A stretch of DNA of 32,300 nt, taken from contig NC_068988.1 of NCBI RefSeq assembly GCF_001194135.2, forward strand, positions 48,298,526-48,330,825, given 5' to 3'. The notes under the pieces were generated by a model that saw only the letters and a program-made list of their open reading frames with translations, had not been told where the DNA came from and made no database searches. The number at the start of each line of letters is the position of its first letter. The first letter of the stretch is position 1. A program made the position numbers and the translations under genes. Source of the stretch: Octopus bimaculoides. Lineage: Eukaryota. Positions 11,141-22,292 of this stretch are shown here, in pieces.

Positions 11141-13699
11141 TTTTTCTCATATATGCACAAGGACTAAAATTTCTGGAAGAGGCTAGTCGATTGCATCGAC
11201 CCTAGAAAACGTTAAAGGCAATACGAGAGCGAAATATATAGGAAAAAACGAGAAATAAGAAACAGATACAGGATTACATTGTGTAAAACATATGAGGCAA
11301 AAAGATAACATCAACGATACATACATTAAACTGATTACTAGAGAATGAACACGAAATGACGGATCAAAAACATTCATAGGGTGTTTCGGGACACCTAAGC
11401 ATATGCATCCACCTAGTTTCGACAAACAGTCTATATCTGTATTGTTAATGTAAGCCGGTTTTGCCACAGAGGTTTCGATAGCCGCCCCGATAAATTTACT
11501 GAACAGCACATCATCCCACTGTAACCTCTCCTACATCATAAAGTGATATTTTTAGAAGTTGATGGGGGGGTTCGTCTGTAAGTAAATGCTCTATTTGTTA
11601 GTTTTCAATCGCGTTCGCCATAAAAAAAAATGTCCTCTCCATAGTCACTCTGCAAAGGAGACTATCCTCTCTTCCCAGTCAAAAGTAAGTAGTGAAATAA
11701 TCCTCACGATAGACCTCGCACGTGCAAGATTATATAAAAATACTTGTGGTAATTGCAAAGTGATATGATAATCGTATATACGAGTGCAAGGAATAACATA
11801 TATACTGTAGAATATCTTTCGTACTGAATATTGTCTTCTATAAATATATTACTTTCAGATAGTGTGAACCCCCATTACATTTAATAAACTATAAAAAAAT
11901 AATACAAAACAAAAACCGAAGCCAAAATAAAACAATACTTACTAAAACTCCCAAATCACTGTAGGCCCTTCATTACCAGTAAAGATACTGGTTATTGTGA
12001 TTTTTTGTAAAATTCTTGTTAGCACCTAAGCTAATTCTTTCCTTTTGCCTTTTACGGTTGTCTGTATATTGGTATTGCTATTATTATTTATATTATCAAT
12101 ATTATTGATATCATTATGATCAGTTTTAGTAGTTTCGCTGCTATTACCATAACTGTTGTTATTATCAACATTATGGCAATTGTTTTTTTATTGTTCTTTA
12201 TGTCATTATTATAATTATTTTCTTACTATTATTATATTTCTGTATTTCAGAATGTTGCATCCATTTTGTTCTTAATGAAATCTTTACTAATATTTTGACC
12301 ATTTTTTGGAAGGACGCTTTATTGAAATAATAGCGTAATTTATATTCAGATATTCCTCTTTGATAATGACTATTACCTCAGGGTGTAGTGTGTATACCTG
12401 TGAAAGTCACGTGTGTACGTATGCAAGCATAAAAGCAAATCAGTGTTTGTATGTATGTAAGAGCAACTCTCCACACATATATGTATGAATAAATATCTAC
12501 GTATGAAAATGTAGTTGTGAATGTTGATCGCTAAATTGATCACTGATTTTTGACAAAACAATGACAATAAATAGATTCACTTGTTACAATACTCGTTCTT
12601 CGCAACGAATTGTAAAGAAGAAAAGGTTATAGCATAAAGAAGCGCAGAAGCGAAACAGTAGCCACGATAGCACATAGCAGTTACTTTAATCATGTAACTA
12701 CTTTATGCCATTGGCCTCTTCAGAGTTGGACGTCAGTTACATATTAAAACTAACCACTAGTTTTAGGACATTATTATGCAACTCTCATTAATGTAATTTA
12801 CGATTAAAATAATAAACCAGCAAGATAAAATCTGTAAACTGCCTTTGAATAAGTGGTAATGATGCTGTTGGTGCCAGTAGTAAAATTAAAAAAGAGGCTA
12901 TACAATTGGTATTGTATGTGAGAAATATTTAGACATAGATAATGACAACCATTGCAGAAGAAAGTGCGATAAATATAAACTTTAGTTATGGGAAATACGA
13001 CGGATGTGCAATTAGTGACCTAAAGGTACTTCAAAATTGCAGGTACCGTGATATCACTGGTATCGACATTAGTAGATGTTGTTTACATTCTCCTTCTTCT
13101 ATATCAATGTCAATGGCAAAGAAAGAGAAAGAGAAAGAAAGAAATACAAAGAGGCAAATAGACAGTTATACCTCTACTGTGGATAACATTGTGCAGTATG
13201 AATTTCTTCGGAAGACATTCCATTTAAGCAATGCTTCATATAGCAGCGGCAAACCAAAGTCCAGAAGAACTGACGAATGGCAGGCAATCCAAAATCATTA
13301 TTGATATAATCTGCTGCTTCACTAAACTAATAAGTTACGCTTTTAAGTCCTACCCACGGGATTCTAGTAATGTTAATGATACGTGTTTACCAGTTGCATG
13401 TCATTGTCTAAAGAGAATATATCCATTAAGTTTACCACTCTGATGTTATGTTGCATGACGTGGACAATGAAACAAATACAATTACAGCTAATTACGTAAC
13501 ACTCCATACCTCATATGGATATTTTAATTCTAGATAAGTGTATCTTCTTTCTAGTCATGCTCCGGAATAATTGGGATTGAAATTATGATATTTCAGTGGT
13601 AGTCAAAAATTGTTGCTCGCAATAGGGATGATAAATCTCAAATTATAGGAAATCGAGGTTTTGTGAAATATCTGCTTACATTAATCCATGTACTTTGCA

Positions 13700-16020
13700 G
13701 TGTACTACATGTTTTCTTCTTGCATGATGAACATTGTTCTATCACTCACCTTTGGAGCCTTTCCTAGTTTGGCATATGGTTTCTCGATTGAATGGGATTG
13801 ACGTATGCTTCGAAAATTTTGGTAAGGATGAAGGGTAGTCTCATCTTCGGGAAAGTGAATGGTACTGGTCTTGACGACAAGTAGGTAGTTGATGTTCAAA
13901 AGGTAGAAAGAAGAGACAAAACTAAATATTAAAACAGACATAAATTGATAGGTTGCGGTACATACCGTAATTATGTGATCTAATATGAAGCTACGAATCT
14001 AAGTGAAGTTAGACGGATAAAGCCGATAAATGGACGTTTTATAGGAGATTCGCATGCCATACATGAAGACGTTAAGATATACTCGGAAAGAAGACTGCTT
14101 TCTAAAATCTCCCAACTACAAGAAACGACTGTTGGTTACGTAAGTGAATATACCTCGCTTATTTCACCCTATGGTCTTCGTAATTCAGATGCTGGAGTGT
14201 GTCTGAGTGTTATTATGCTAATCAGTATCAGTCATATTGCATATAGATTCCCTCTGTAATGACAATGAGAAAGAGAGAGAGAAAGACATAGAGAGTGAGA
14301 GAAAGAGATAGAGAGAGAGAAGCAAAATATTGGAGAAAGTGTTAAGTTCCCTCTCTATTACCTGTGTTATACGTTGGAAGCAGGTGCGAGAAGGTGCGAT
14401 GATTGGGAGGAACAGAAGAGTTGCAATTTATAGTGTGGGGCACAACGACGTGTTTCCTGAAATCAGAATAAGTTACTGGAGAAGGACAGACTGAATAAGT
14501 TGAAGGATGTGATGGTGTATGTGTCTGATGGGAAGGATACTGATATTGTCAGTGACCTTGAGTAACGATGTAGGTTGATGTACATTCATACTTAACGTAT
14601 AAATATGAACAGTGGCAAAACTGGTGCGGTGTAAAGGTTTTAGATATAGTTTATCCAGTGTGCGCAATATGGAAATTGATGTAAGGCAAGCAAGGTAAGT
14701 AAAGGCTTGCTTCGTAGGAATACTGTTAATAGAATTATTATAATCAAGAGGTAACAGTATTCAGAGTACTGCAACATTAGTGGACATTATTTTGACAAAG
14801 ATTAGCTGCCATTTGTGAGTCAAAGGAGCTTGTAGTCTATGCGAGACAAGAAGGCACTCTTCATGGTTCGGGCTGGCTGTGGTTTTTCAAAAGTTGTTGT
14901 CCTGGATAAATACCGCTTTCTTTTCAGGAAGTGACTGTGTTTTTTAAGGGCGTTGCAGGTTCTGCTTTCTTTTGCGTGGACACCGCAGCACCTTGTACAG
15001 AGAAATATTAAGTTTTTGTGTGGGGAATAGTGAGAAGGTACATATCCAAAAAGGGCAGTTTCATACGCAAGTGTAACAATGTTTTGATCGTTTAAAAGTA
15101 AAACACATACTACTAGGATTAGCTTGTATAGACCTGGTGGAATCTCGAATATTCGGGTGACTTGAAGTGCCACAGGGTCTGAAATATGGAGGTGCTTTGT
15201 ATTGCTGGATGTGCAACGGATAACTGCGATGTAACAGAGGTTATGGCAGTTATGTTTGGAAGTGAGAAAGATATTAAAAGTGCTTGGAAAATTTGTGTCA
15301 TATATGCGTAAAAGGTATTGAAAGGAGTTGATGTTGAGAGTTGAAGATTGCATAATATTCAGTTTCTGAGATATTACTCATATCAGCAGTATTGTTCTAC
15401 AAGGAGAGTCACCAGTGTTAAAGTCACCGAGGGTGATAACTTTGGAGAGTGAAAAAAGCCCTACTCCTTCGGTCATGAATGACCATAGGATTGCTCTTAG
15501 AAAGCTACTCTCCAAGGAATAAGTCTGATCATGCTTGATTTATGGAAGACCAGCAGTCGCCCATGAATACCAGCATCTCCTCTTTACGCCCTGGAATCGA
15601 CCTCACTATCTCATGATTGTGAGCCTGATGCTCTAACCACTGAGCTATTGGCCTTCAACTTTGGGGAGTATTTACGTGAGAAATGTATCCTGTATGCAAG
15701 AGGAGATATACCGAAGAGTTGTCGGTGATTAAAAGTGTTCGGAATGCCAAAAAGTGGGTAAGATGTATTTGGGTAGTGAAAGAGAGTGATTACATCAAAG
15801 TTAATTGGAAGTCATTATTGTTGATGTCCAAATATAGAGATGAGAGAACGGTGCCTAAGGTTGTGCTGAGACCAGAATTCTGAGTAAATTTGAGTAAAGA
15901 TTGTAGACTGGATAAAAGAAGTGGATTCCTGGTAGGGAGTCATGAATTTGTGCGTCGGAGAGTAATAGCGTGCAGGGTTGGCATAGTAGTATGATGTGGT
16001 AAGGAGGTGGGGAAACGAGA
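13700..16020 (-). mobile_element. Decayed CR1/L2-group LINE ORF2 (APE, linker, RT), interrupted by a SINE and a (GA)n tract
   Basis: Ordered minus-strand motifs: KVITLGDFNT (about 15410-15445), RIYDTNFPSTFNIFLTS (cf. PTR....STLDLFLTS), linker GYVPSHYSPHK..FLCTRCCGVHAKE, NLFSLSFSSNLF then KHVVVP...SSVPPNHRT (cf. WK.A.V.P.PK.GD.S.P.NYRP), VWHANLL (cf. DRVWH..LL), SSFYLLNINYLL..IHFPEDETTLH (cf. SP.LFL.FINDL...IH.YADD.TL). Confidence 0.75.
15460..15657 (-). mobile_element. tRNA-headed SINE with family-A-like head and a different tail, nested in the CR1-group relic
   Basis: Reverse complement ggccaatagctcagtggttagagc...gaggtcgattcc (A and B boxes) is joined directly to atgggcgactgctggtcttccataaa...ggtcattcatgaccgaagg. 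It sits just upstream of the APE GDFN motif. Confidence 0.75.
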
Positions 16021-16309
16021 TAGGAACGAAATCAGTGAATATCAGACAAGACGCAAATTTTTCTAGGGGGTGATCTAATACTAGTATTTGACACCTCCGT
16101 CAGATGTAAAGAGAGCCAGCACTGATAGTTCACAGGAACCTCATGCAAGAAAACTGGTTCGAAAGCAGGAGATGCGATGTGAGCTTAGGTTGTTTGACAC
16201 CTACATCCCCACCTTTGAAGAATAGTATTAGATGATTTGCAGATGAATTTCTTTCTACAATAATGTCCATTCATTTGAGAGATCCTTTCGAAGTTATCTG
16301 TATAGAAAG

Positions 16310-16420
16310 AGAGTAGAAGAGAGGGGAGGATAGGAGAGAGAGAGAAAGAGAGAAAGTAAGAAAGAAAGAGAAGGAGAGAAAGAAAGAGAGAGAGAAGGAA
16401 GGAAGGAAAGAAAGAAAGAA
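16310..16420. repeat. Purine-rich (GA/GAAA/GGAA)n microsatellite
   Basis: Direct reading. Confidence 0.92.
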
Positions 16421-16664
16421 AATCTTTTTAGTAGTCAGTGGCTGATGTTACTCGCGATCATAATTAGTTTATAAATAAATTCCGTGGAAGTCTAAATGAG
16501 ACTTTAAAAACGCACTGTACCTGTGGGTATGGAGCAATAACCATATATGTCAACAAACAATTCCAATGGACGCCACACACTTCTAACAGACATAAGCATT
16601 CAGCACTTAATGTTTTACATGATGGTACTCAACAAATACAAATAGTACACATACGAACACAAAT

Positions 16665-16780
16665 ACCTATCTATCTATCTGTCTGTCTATCTATTTATTT
16701 ATCTACCTATCTAGTTCTCTCTAACTACTTATCTGTCTGTCAGTCTCTCTCTCTCTCTCTCTCTGCTTATGTGTGTGTAT
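16665..16780. repeat. (CTAT)n/(TCTG)n/(CT)n compound microsatellite
   Basis: Direct reading. Confidence 0.9.
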
Positions 16781-17169
16781 GCATGAAAATGTCATGTACG
16801 CTGTTTGCTAAACATTTCGGTATAAGAATGCCAAATTAATTTATTGAACATTACACGCACAATATTTATAGTCGCAGGGCATGAACCCTTAAAATCTAAA
16901 CAGGATTAAAAGCTTATGAGCTTTCGTGTGAAGTAAGATTTGGTCGCCATGTGTCTCATTAATTACTCTTACACGCCATTAACAAACACATTCTTTTGAA
17001 GAGTGGGAGATACATATCTGACTTAATTTAATTCCATGATTTGAAATATATTATATTTTCCTTTGTCCGTTATATTTTAGCTAATTAAAAGTTGTCAGAT
17101 CAACGTTTCAAATCGCATAAAATTGTTTCATAAAGCTTGTTTGTGAGAAGTTATATAGAAACACTATAA

Positions 17170-17499
17170 ATGGCATTCCGTCGGTTACGACGACGAGGTT
17201 TCTAGTTAATCCAGTCAACGGAACAGCTTGCTCGTGAAATTAACGGGCAAGTGACTGAGTACTCCACAAACAGGTGTACTACCCTTAACGTAGTTCTCAG
17301 GGAGAATCAGTTTGGCACAGTGTGACAAGGCTGGCCCTTTGAAATAGGGGGCTTACACATTTATGCCAGCTGAGTGGGCTGGAGCAACGTGAAATAAAAT
17401 ATCTTGCTCAAGGATACAACGCGTCGCCGGGAATTAAACCTACGACCGTGACCCTACGACCGTGAGCCGAATACCCTAACCACCAAGTCACGCGCCTTC
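17170..17499 (-). mobile_element. tRNA-headed SINE, family A (full length)
   Basis: Reverse complement gaaggcgcgtgacttggtggttaggg...ttaattcccggcg...ccttgagcaagatattttatttcacgttgctcc...gtcgtaaccgacggaatgcc is colinear with 897-1235. Carries a 13-bp tandem duplication in the head. Confidence 0.88.
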
Positions 17500-18055
17500 A
17501 CTGTAGGAACTCTATCCATATAGAAAAAGAATGGTTAAATTAGTGCGAACATATTTAACAAAACGTTGTGAGCAAAAATATCTTAATCAATCAACATGAC
17601 TTCCTGCAGTGAGTAGAAATAAGCTTTCGTTCAATGCTTAATTCTAAAACAAGCCAAGTAGGAACGACAACTTTGAAATATCGCTTTACATTAAGTGATT
17701 AATTAAATTAATTCGTTCACTATATTATGTTAGCAGTGATTTAACTGTTTATAAATAAGTTTACGTTACGATCAGTGACTCAGAAATTAATCGTCACAGA
17801 AAACGTTTTAATATATCAAATGAATATAGAATAAAATTCAATTATAATTTGCAGACAAAAATTCAAATTTATAATTCTATTCCTAATATGCTTTTGAATA
17901 AATCTTTGTGAAATGACAAATTGATTGTTTCGAAACGGCAAGTTTTATTTGTTTGACTAAAATCTCACATTAAAATGTTTCAGTTCAAGTTGTGTAGAAA
18001 TGCTGGATGTATACTTGTAAGGATTCCTTCAATAGCACATGAGTAATTGTCTTAC

Positions 18056-18188
18056 CTGCATAATATATTGATACAGAACCCTTAGATGAAAAGGGTTACC
18101 GTGTTGTTGAGATTGTATTTCTGATGTAATGATTTCAAACCCCTTCCAGACTACAACCAGCTTCACAAGTACGTAATCATAAATGCCC
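18056..18188 (-). CDS. Candidate internal exon of an unidentified minus-strand gene
   Basis: Acceptor cttcacgcatttag|G and donor CAG|GTAAGA; 133 nt with a single open frame, GIYDYVLVKLVVVWKGFEIITSEIQSQQHGNPFHLRVLYQYIMQ. No homolog recognised. Confidence 0.38.
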
Positions 18189-18992
18189 CTAAATGCGTGA
18201 AGCATATGAAGTTGATGAAAAAGTTGCTTGCTTATGGGTTTCATTCACATTATCATTTGTGTTTCAAGTTTCGTAATAATGCGTCGATGATGCTCTCGCA
18301 TAACCATATTTTATTATGTGGGTTACGTCTAACGGTCTGGTGATGTCTCTTATAATCTTCCCTCTGTACCTTAATTACACTGTTAATGTCACTGTTAATA
18401 GCTTAATGACACTATATTTCTTTCCTGGTTGTGTTGCTATTCAGACACACTTTAATTTTCTCATATGTACATGTCATTTACATGTAACATAGATATAATA
18501 CAATATCTTACACTAAACATACAGTTGTTAGAGAGACACGTCCTCCGAGGAGACCATAATAAACTAGTCTCCTTTAACCACCAACAGTACAGTCGCAATC
18601 GTTGTATAGAGAAGACAATAGCTAAACCCTATCTACGCACGCATAGCACATACAGAACAGCAGTCCTTATAAATATAAATGCTAGTCATTAAAATTCCTG
18701 ATAATATTCTAAGGTGATTCTATATATAAACATTATAAAAGCTACAAAACAAAGACTAGATATTTTTCTTCAGAACTAGGAAATACTTCAGCTCACATCG
18801 ATTACTGAATTTCTTCAACGCTCAGGATCCATATTACAAGGCAGTTCATGTATTATATCCGTGCAAACACCATAGACTCCATCCTAAAATCTGATTGGTA
18901 GAAACCTATATACCAATACGCCACAACAATTGGCACACAGATACGCTCTTCTGTATGTTACTTTCTTCTGTTGCTGATATACTGTCAGGTTT

Positions 18993-19195
18993 AAGGCGGT
19001 GTGCTGGCAGAACAGTTAGCATACGGAGCAAAATGCTTAGTGGCATTTTGTCCGTCTTTACGTCCTGAGTTCAAATTCTGCTAAGGTCGACTTTGCTTTT
19101 CAACCTTTCGGGGTCGATAAAATAAGTACCAGGCTCGTTGTTTTCAGCTAACCCCCCTCCTACAACGTTTCAGGCCTTGTGTCTATTCTAGAAAG
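18993..19195 (+). mobile_element. tRNA-headed SINE, family C, with 17-bp target-site duplication
   Basis: Head aaggcggtgtgctggcag...gagttcaaattc and central ggtcgactttgcttttcaacctttcggggtcgataaaataagtacc (resembles the Deu/Nin SINE domain as recalled). Flanked by gatatactgtcaggttt (18976-18992) and gatatacagtcaggttt (19196-19212), 16/17 identical. Confidence 0.88.
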
Positions 19196-19629
19196 GATAT
19201 ACAGTCAGGTTTGTTATTAATGCCTGTTAAACCCAGCGATTGTAACTGTTTTTTCTCTCACTATCGTATATGATTTCCGAAAATTTGTACTAAACACTTC
19301 AAGATGACCTTACTCTCTCCTTCAGACTGCAAGAATAACGAAAAACTTCCCTGTCAACATCGTGGAAACTTCGATACAGTTATTCAACTTGCAAGAAACA
19401 GCAATAAAATTCCTTTCGAATCACTCATCATCATCCGGTCGTGCTACTTCAGGAGATCGAATCATTCAAGACGACACATAACAACACCTGAGCGTCTGGT
19501 CGATACAGTATTATAGTAATAAATTAATGACACCCCACCCCCATCCGCATATGCTGACTTTAGCAGTGGTTTCAGGAATCCAACCTCTGCAGAACTGAAA
19601 AGTCTTTGTTGCTATTGCAGGCAACACAA

Positions 19630-19674
<45 letters not shown>

Positions 19675-19770
19675 CATCACACATACATACATATATACAT
19701 ATATATGTATATATATATATATATATATATACATACATCACACATACATACATATATACATATATATGTA

Positions 19771-20190
19771 TATATACATGCATATATGGTTAAAAGACAT
19801 CAAAAAACGTCAACAAAATGAGAAACGAAAACATAAAAACCAAAACAGAAAACGAACATTTTTCGAAAAAGGGAAGAAGCAAATAGAGAAACGAGACAGG
19901 CAACATAAAGAACATTCCCTTCATCAGTTGTCCCCTGTTTTATCTACCCCGCGTTTCGAAGGCAGGGACAAGACGCGACTTCGTTAAAACAGTCCTTCCT
20001 GTAAAGAAAATTAAATAAAATGACATTTTTTGCGGAGGGTTAAAGTGGTAACAGAAACTGGACTGTAAAAATAAACGGCGAGGGCTGTTAATCCAAGTCG
20101 ATGTGAAATGGTGAACGCTGGTAAAACGAGCTTTCGGAAGGAAGTGAAAGAAAGGAAAATGGATAGCCGTTGGTCACATGTGAGCAACGA
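19771..20190 (-). mobile_element. Hammerhead-bearing repeat unit (Penelope pLTR-like or retrozyme-like, non-autonomous)
   Basis: Contains the hammerhead motif at 19917-19978. Its first ~100 bp recur 690 bp away at 20461-20562. Bounded by (TA) and (GA) microsatellites. No coding capacity. Confidence 0.5.
19917..19978 (-). ncRNA. Putative hammerhead ribozyme, non-circularly permuted (pseudoknotted) strand order
   Basis: Minus-strand RNA: CGCGU-C-UUGUCCCUG-CCUUC-GAA-ACGCG-ggguagauaaaa-CAGGGGACAA-CUGAUGA-AGGG. Helix III is CGCGU/ACGCG with a GUC cleavage triplet. Helix I is UUGUCCC/GGGACAA (7 Watson-Crick pairs), abutting C17 and C3. Helix II is short and irregular. Confidence 0.62.
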
Positions 20191-20460
20191 GAGAGTCAAG
20201 GAGGAAGAGTGAGAGAGAGAGGGAACGGTGAAGGGGAGAGGAGAAGAATAGGGAAGGGTGGGAGAGAAAAACAGAAAGGAAGAAGAACAATAGAGGGAGA
20301 TACATAGAAAGAATTGAGAGGGATACAGTGTGGATCGGAATTATAAAGATAAAACTTACTTGAAAATGGATGCGTGGCGTTCGAGCATATAATAATATAA
20401 ATATTATATAAATATATGAATATATACGTACACATATGTACATACCTACATATATATGTA

Positions 20461-20560
20461 TATATACATGCATATGAGGGTACAGGACATAAAAACATGT
20501 CAACAAAATGAGAAACGAGAACATAGAAAACAAAAACCTAGAAAACGAACATTTTTTCCG

Positions 20561-20562
<2 letters not shown>
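20461..20562. repeat. Partial tandem copy of 19771-19867
   Basis: tatatacatgcatat...gtcaacaaaatgagaaacga.aacata...gaaaacgaacatttt is shared at offset 690. Truncated by (TA)n and a gap. Confidence 0.9.
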
Positions 20563-20600
<38 letters not shown>

Positions 20601-20661
20601 NNNNNNNNNNNNNNNNNNNNNNNNNNNNNNNNNNNNNNNNNNNNNNNNNNNNNNNNNNNNN
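20601..20661. other. Assembly gap between (TA)n and (GA)n
   Basis: Run of N. Confidence 0.99.
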
Positions 20662-20704
<43 letters not shown>

Positions 20705-21286
20705 GAATATATCCCTAGGATTCTTTTCTTCGTATTATTCATAGCTATTTATCTGACAATATACGTTTGATCTAATCGGAAACAGACTTGGCCAGGCTAA
20801 CCATCGATTTAATTTTTTTCTCATCTGATGAAATGATGGTTCCGAAATATTTTAAATTATCGACTTGTTCTTAGGATGTTCTATTAATTTTTATGTTGCA
20901 AACTGACGGCATTTATTTTCTTTGAAGTTGTCATTGTGTGTATTTATTTATTTTTGTTAAAGATTTGGATCCACCATTCACATCGTTAATATTATTTCTC
21001 TTTAACTTAAAAAAAATTAAACAATCCTTCTAAAATATCTTTCTTGCTTTCATATATTTGCTCTGATATTTTTCTGAATAAGAATAATAAGTACACTTGA
21101 ATAACCCACATAACTTGCATTTTTGCCCAACAGCAAATTGGTACATTGTTATTTCTAATTCGTTTACGTTTAGTTTCTGTGAATTATTAGTCATTAATAA
21201 CATACCTAAAATTGTTCCATTTAATTAGTGGTTGAATAGACAGACTTATTTTAAGGAAAATTATAAAATATAAATTTAATAACGAT

Positions 21287-21388
21287 CTCTAACTTTGGCA
21301 CGAAGCCACAAACATTCAGAAGAATGGTTTAGTCGATTTAATCGATGTCAGTACGTGACTTGTACACAATTTATCGACCATAGAAGGA
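21287..21388 (-). mobile_element. SINE family C 3' fragment
   Basis: tttagtcgatttaatcgatgtcagtac...atttatcgaccatagaagga resembles the reverse complement of the family C central and 3' module (ttcggggtcgataaaataagtacc). Confidence 0.55.
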
Positions 21389-21516
21389 CAATCATAACCA
21401 TATTTGAATTCACAATATAAAGGGAAATAACTAAATAATGCCAATAATTTGTTCTACAATATTGTTTTCCTGAAATCCAGCACACTACAATATATATATA
21501 TGTATATATATGTATA

Positions 21517-22247
21517 NNNNNNNNNNNNNNNNNNNNNNNNNNNNNNNNNNNNNNNNNNNNNNNNNNNNNNNNNNNNNNNNNNNNNNNNNNNNNNNNNNNN
21601 NNNNNNNNNNNNNNNNNNNNNNNNNNNNNNNNNNNNNNNNNNNNNNNNNNNNNNNNNNNNNNNNNNNNNNNNNNNNNNNNNNNNNNNNNNNNNNNNNNNN
21701 NNNNNNNNNNNNNNNNNNNNNNNNNNNNNNNNNNNNNNNNNNNNNNNNNNNNNNNNNNNNNNNNNNNNNNNNNNNNNNNNNNNNNNNNNNNNNNNNNNNN
21801 NNNNNNNNNNNNNNNNNNNNNNNNNNNNNNNNNNNNNNNNNNNNNNNNNNNNNNNNNNNNNNNNNNNNNNNNNNNNNNNNNNNNNNNNNNNNNNNNNNNN
21901 NNNNNNNNNNNNNNNNNNNNNNNNNNNNNNNNNNNNNNNNNNNNNNNNNNNNNNNNNNNNNNNNNNNNNNNNNNNNNNNNNNNNNNNNNNNNNNNNNNNN
22001 NNNNNNNNNNNNNNNNNNNNNNNNNNNNNNNNNNNNNNNNNNNNNNNNNNNNNNNNNNNNNNNNNNNNNNNNNNNNNNNNNNNNNNNNNNNNNNNNNNNN
22101 NNNNNNNNNNNNNNNNNNNNNNNNNNNNNNNNNNNNNNNNNNNNNNNNNNNNNNNNNNNNNNNNNNNNNNNNNNNNNNNNNNNNNNNNNNNNNNNNNNNN
22201 NNNNNNNNNNNNNNNNNNNNNNNNNNNNNNNNNNNNNNNNNNNNNNN
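21517..22247. other. Assembly gap flanked by (TA)n
   Basis: Run of N. Confidence 0.99.

Positions 22248-22292
<45 letters not shown>

Noticed and set aside
15588-15653. tRNA-like sequence with a CAC-containing loop
   Set aside because: The anticodon and acceptor stems do not pair and it continues into a SINE body, so it is a SINE head, not a tRNA gene.
16521-16582. Minus-strand 62-nt segment with AG/GT ends and two open frames
   Set aside because: It has a stop in the phase required after the 18056 donor. It could only fit by skipping or shortening that exon, which illustrates how easily pseudo-exons arise here.
20825-20870. CUGAUGA...CCGAAA with an AUC triplet on the plus strand
   Set aside because: Helix II is marginal and helix I does not form; likely chance.
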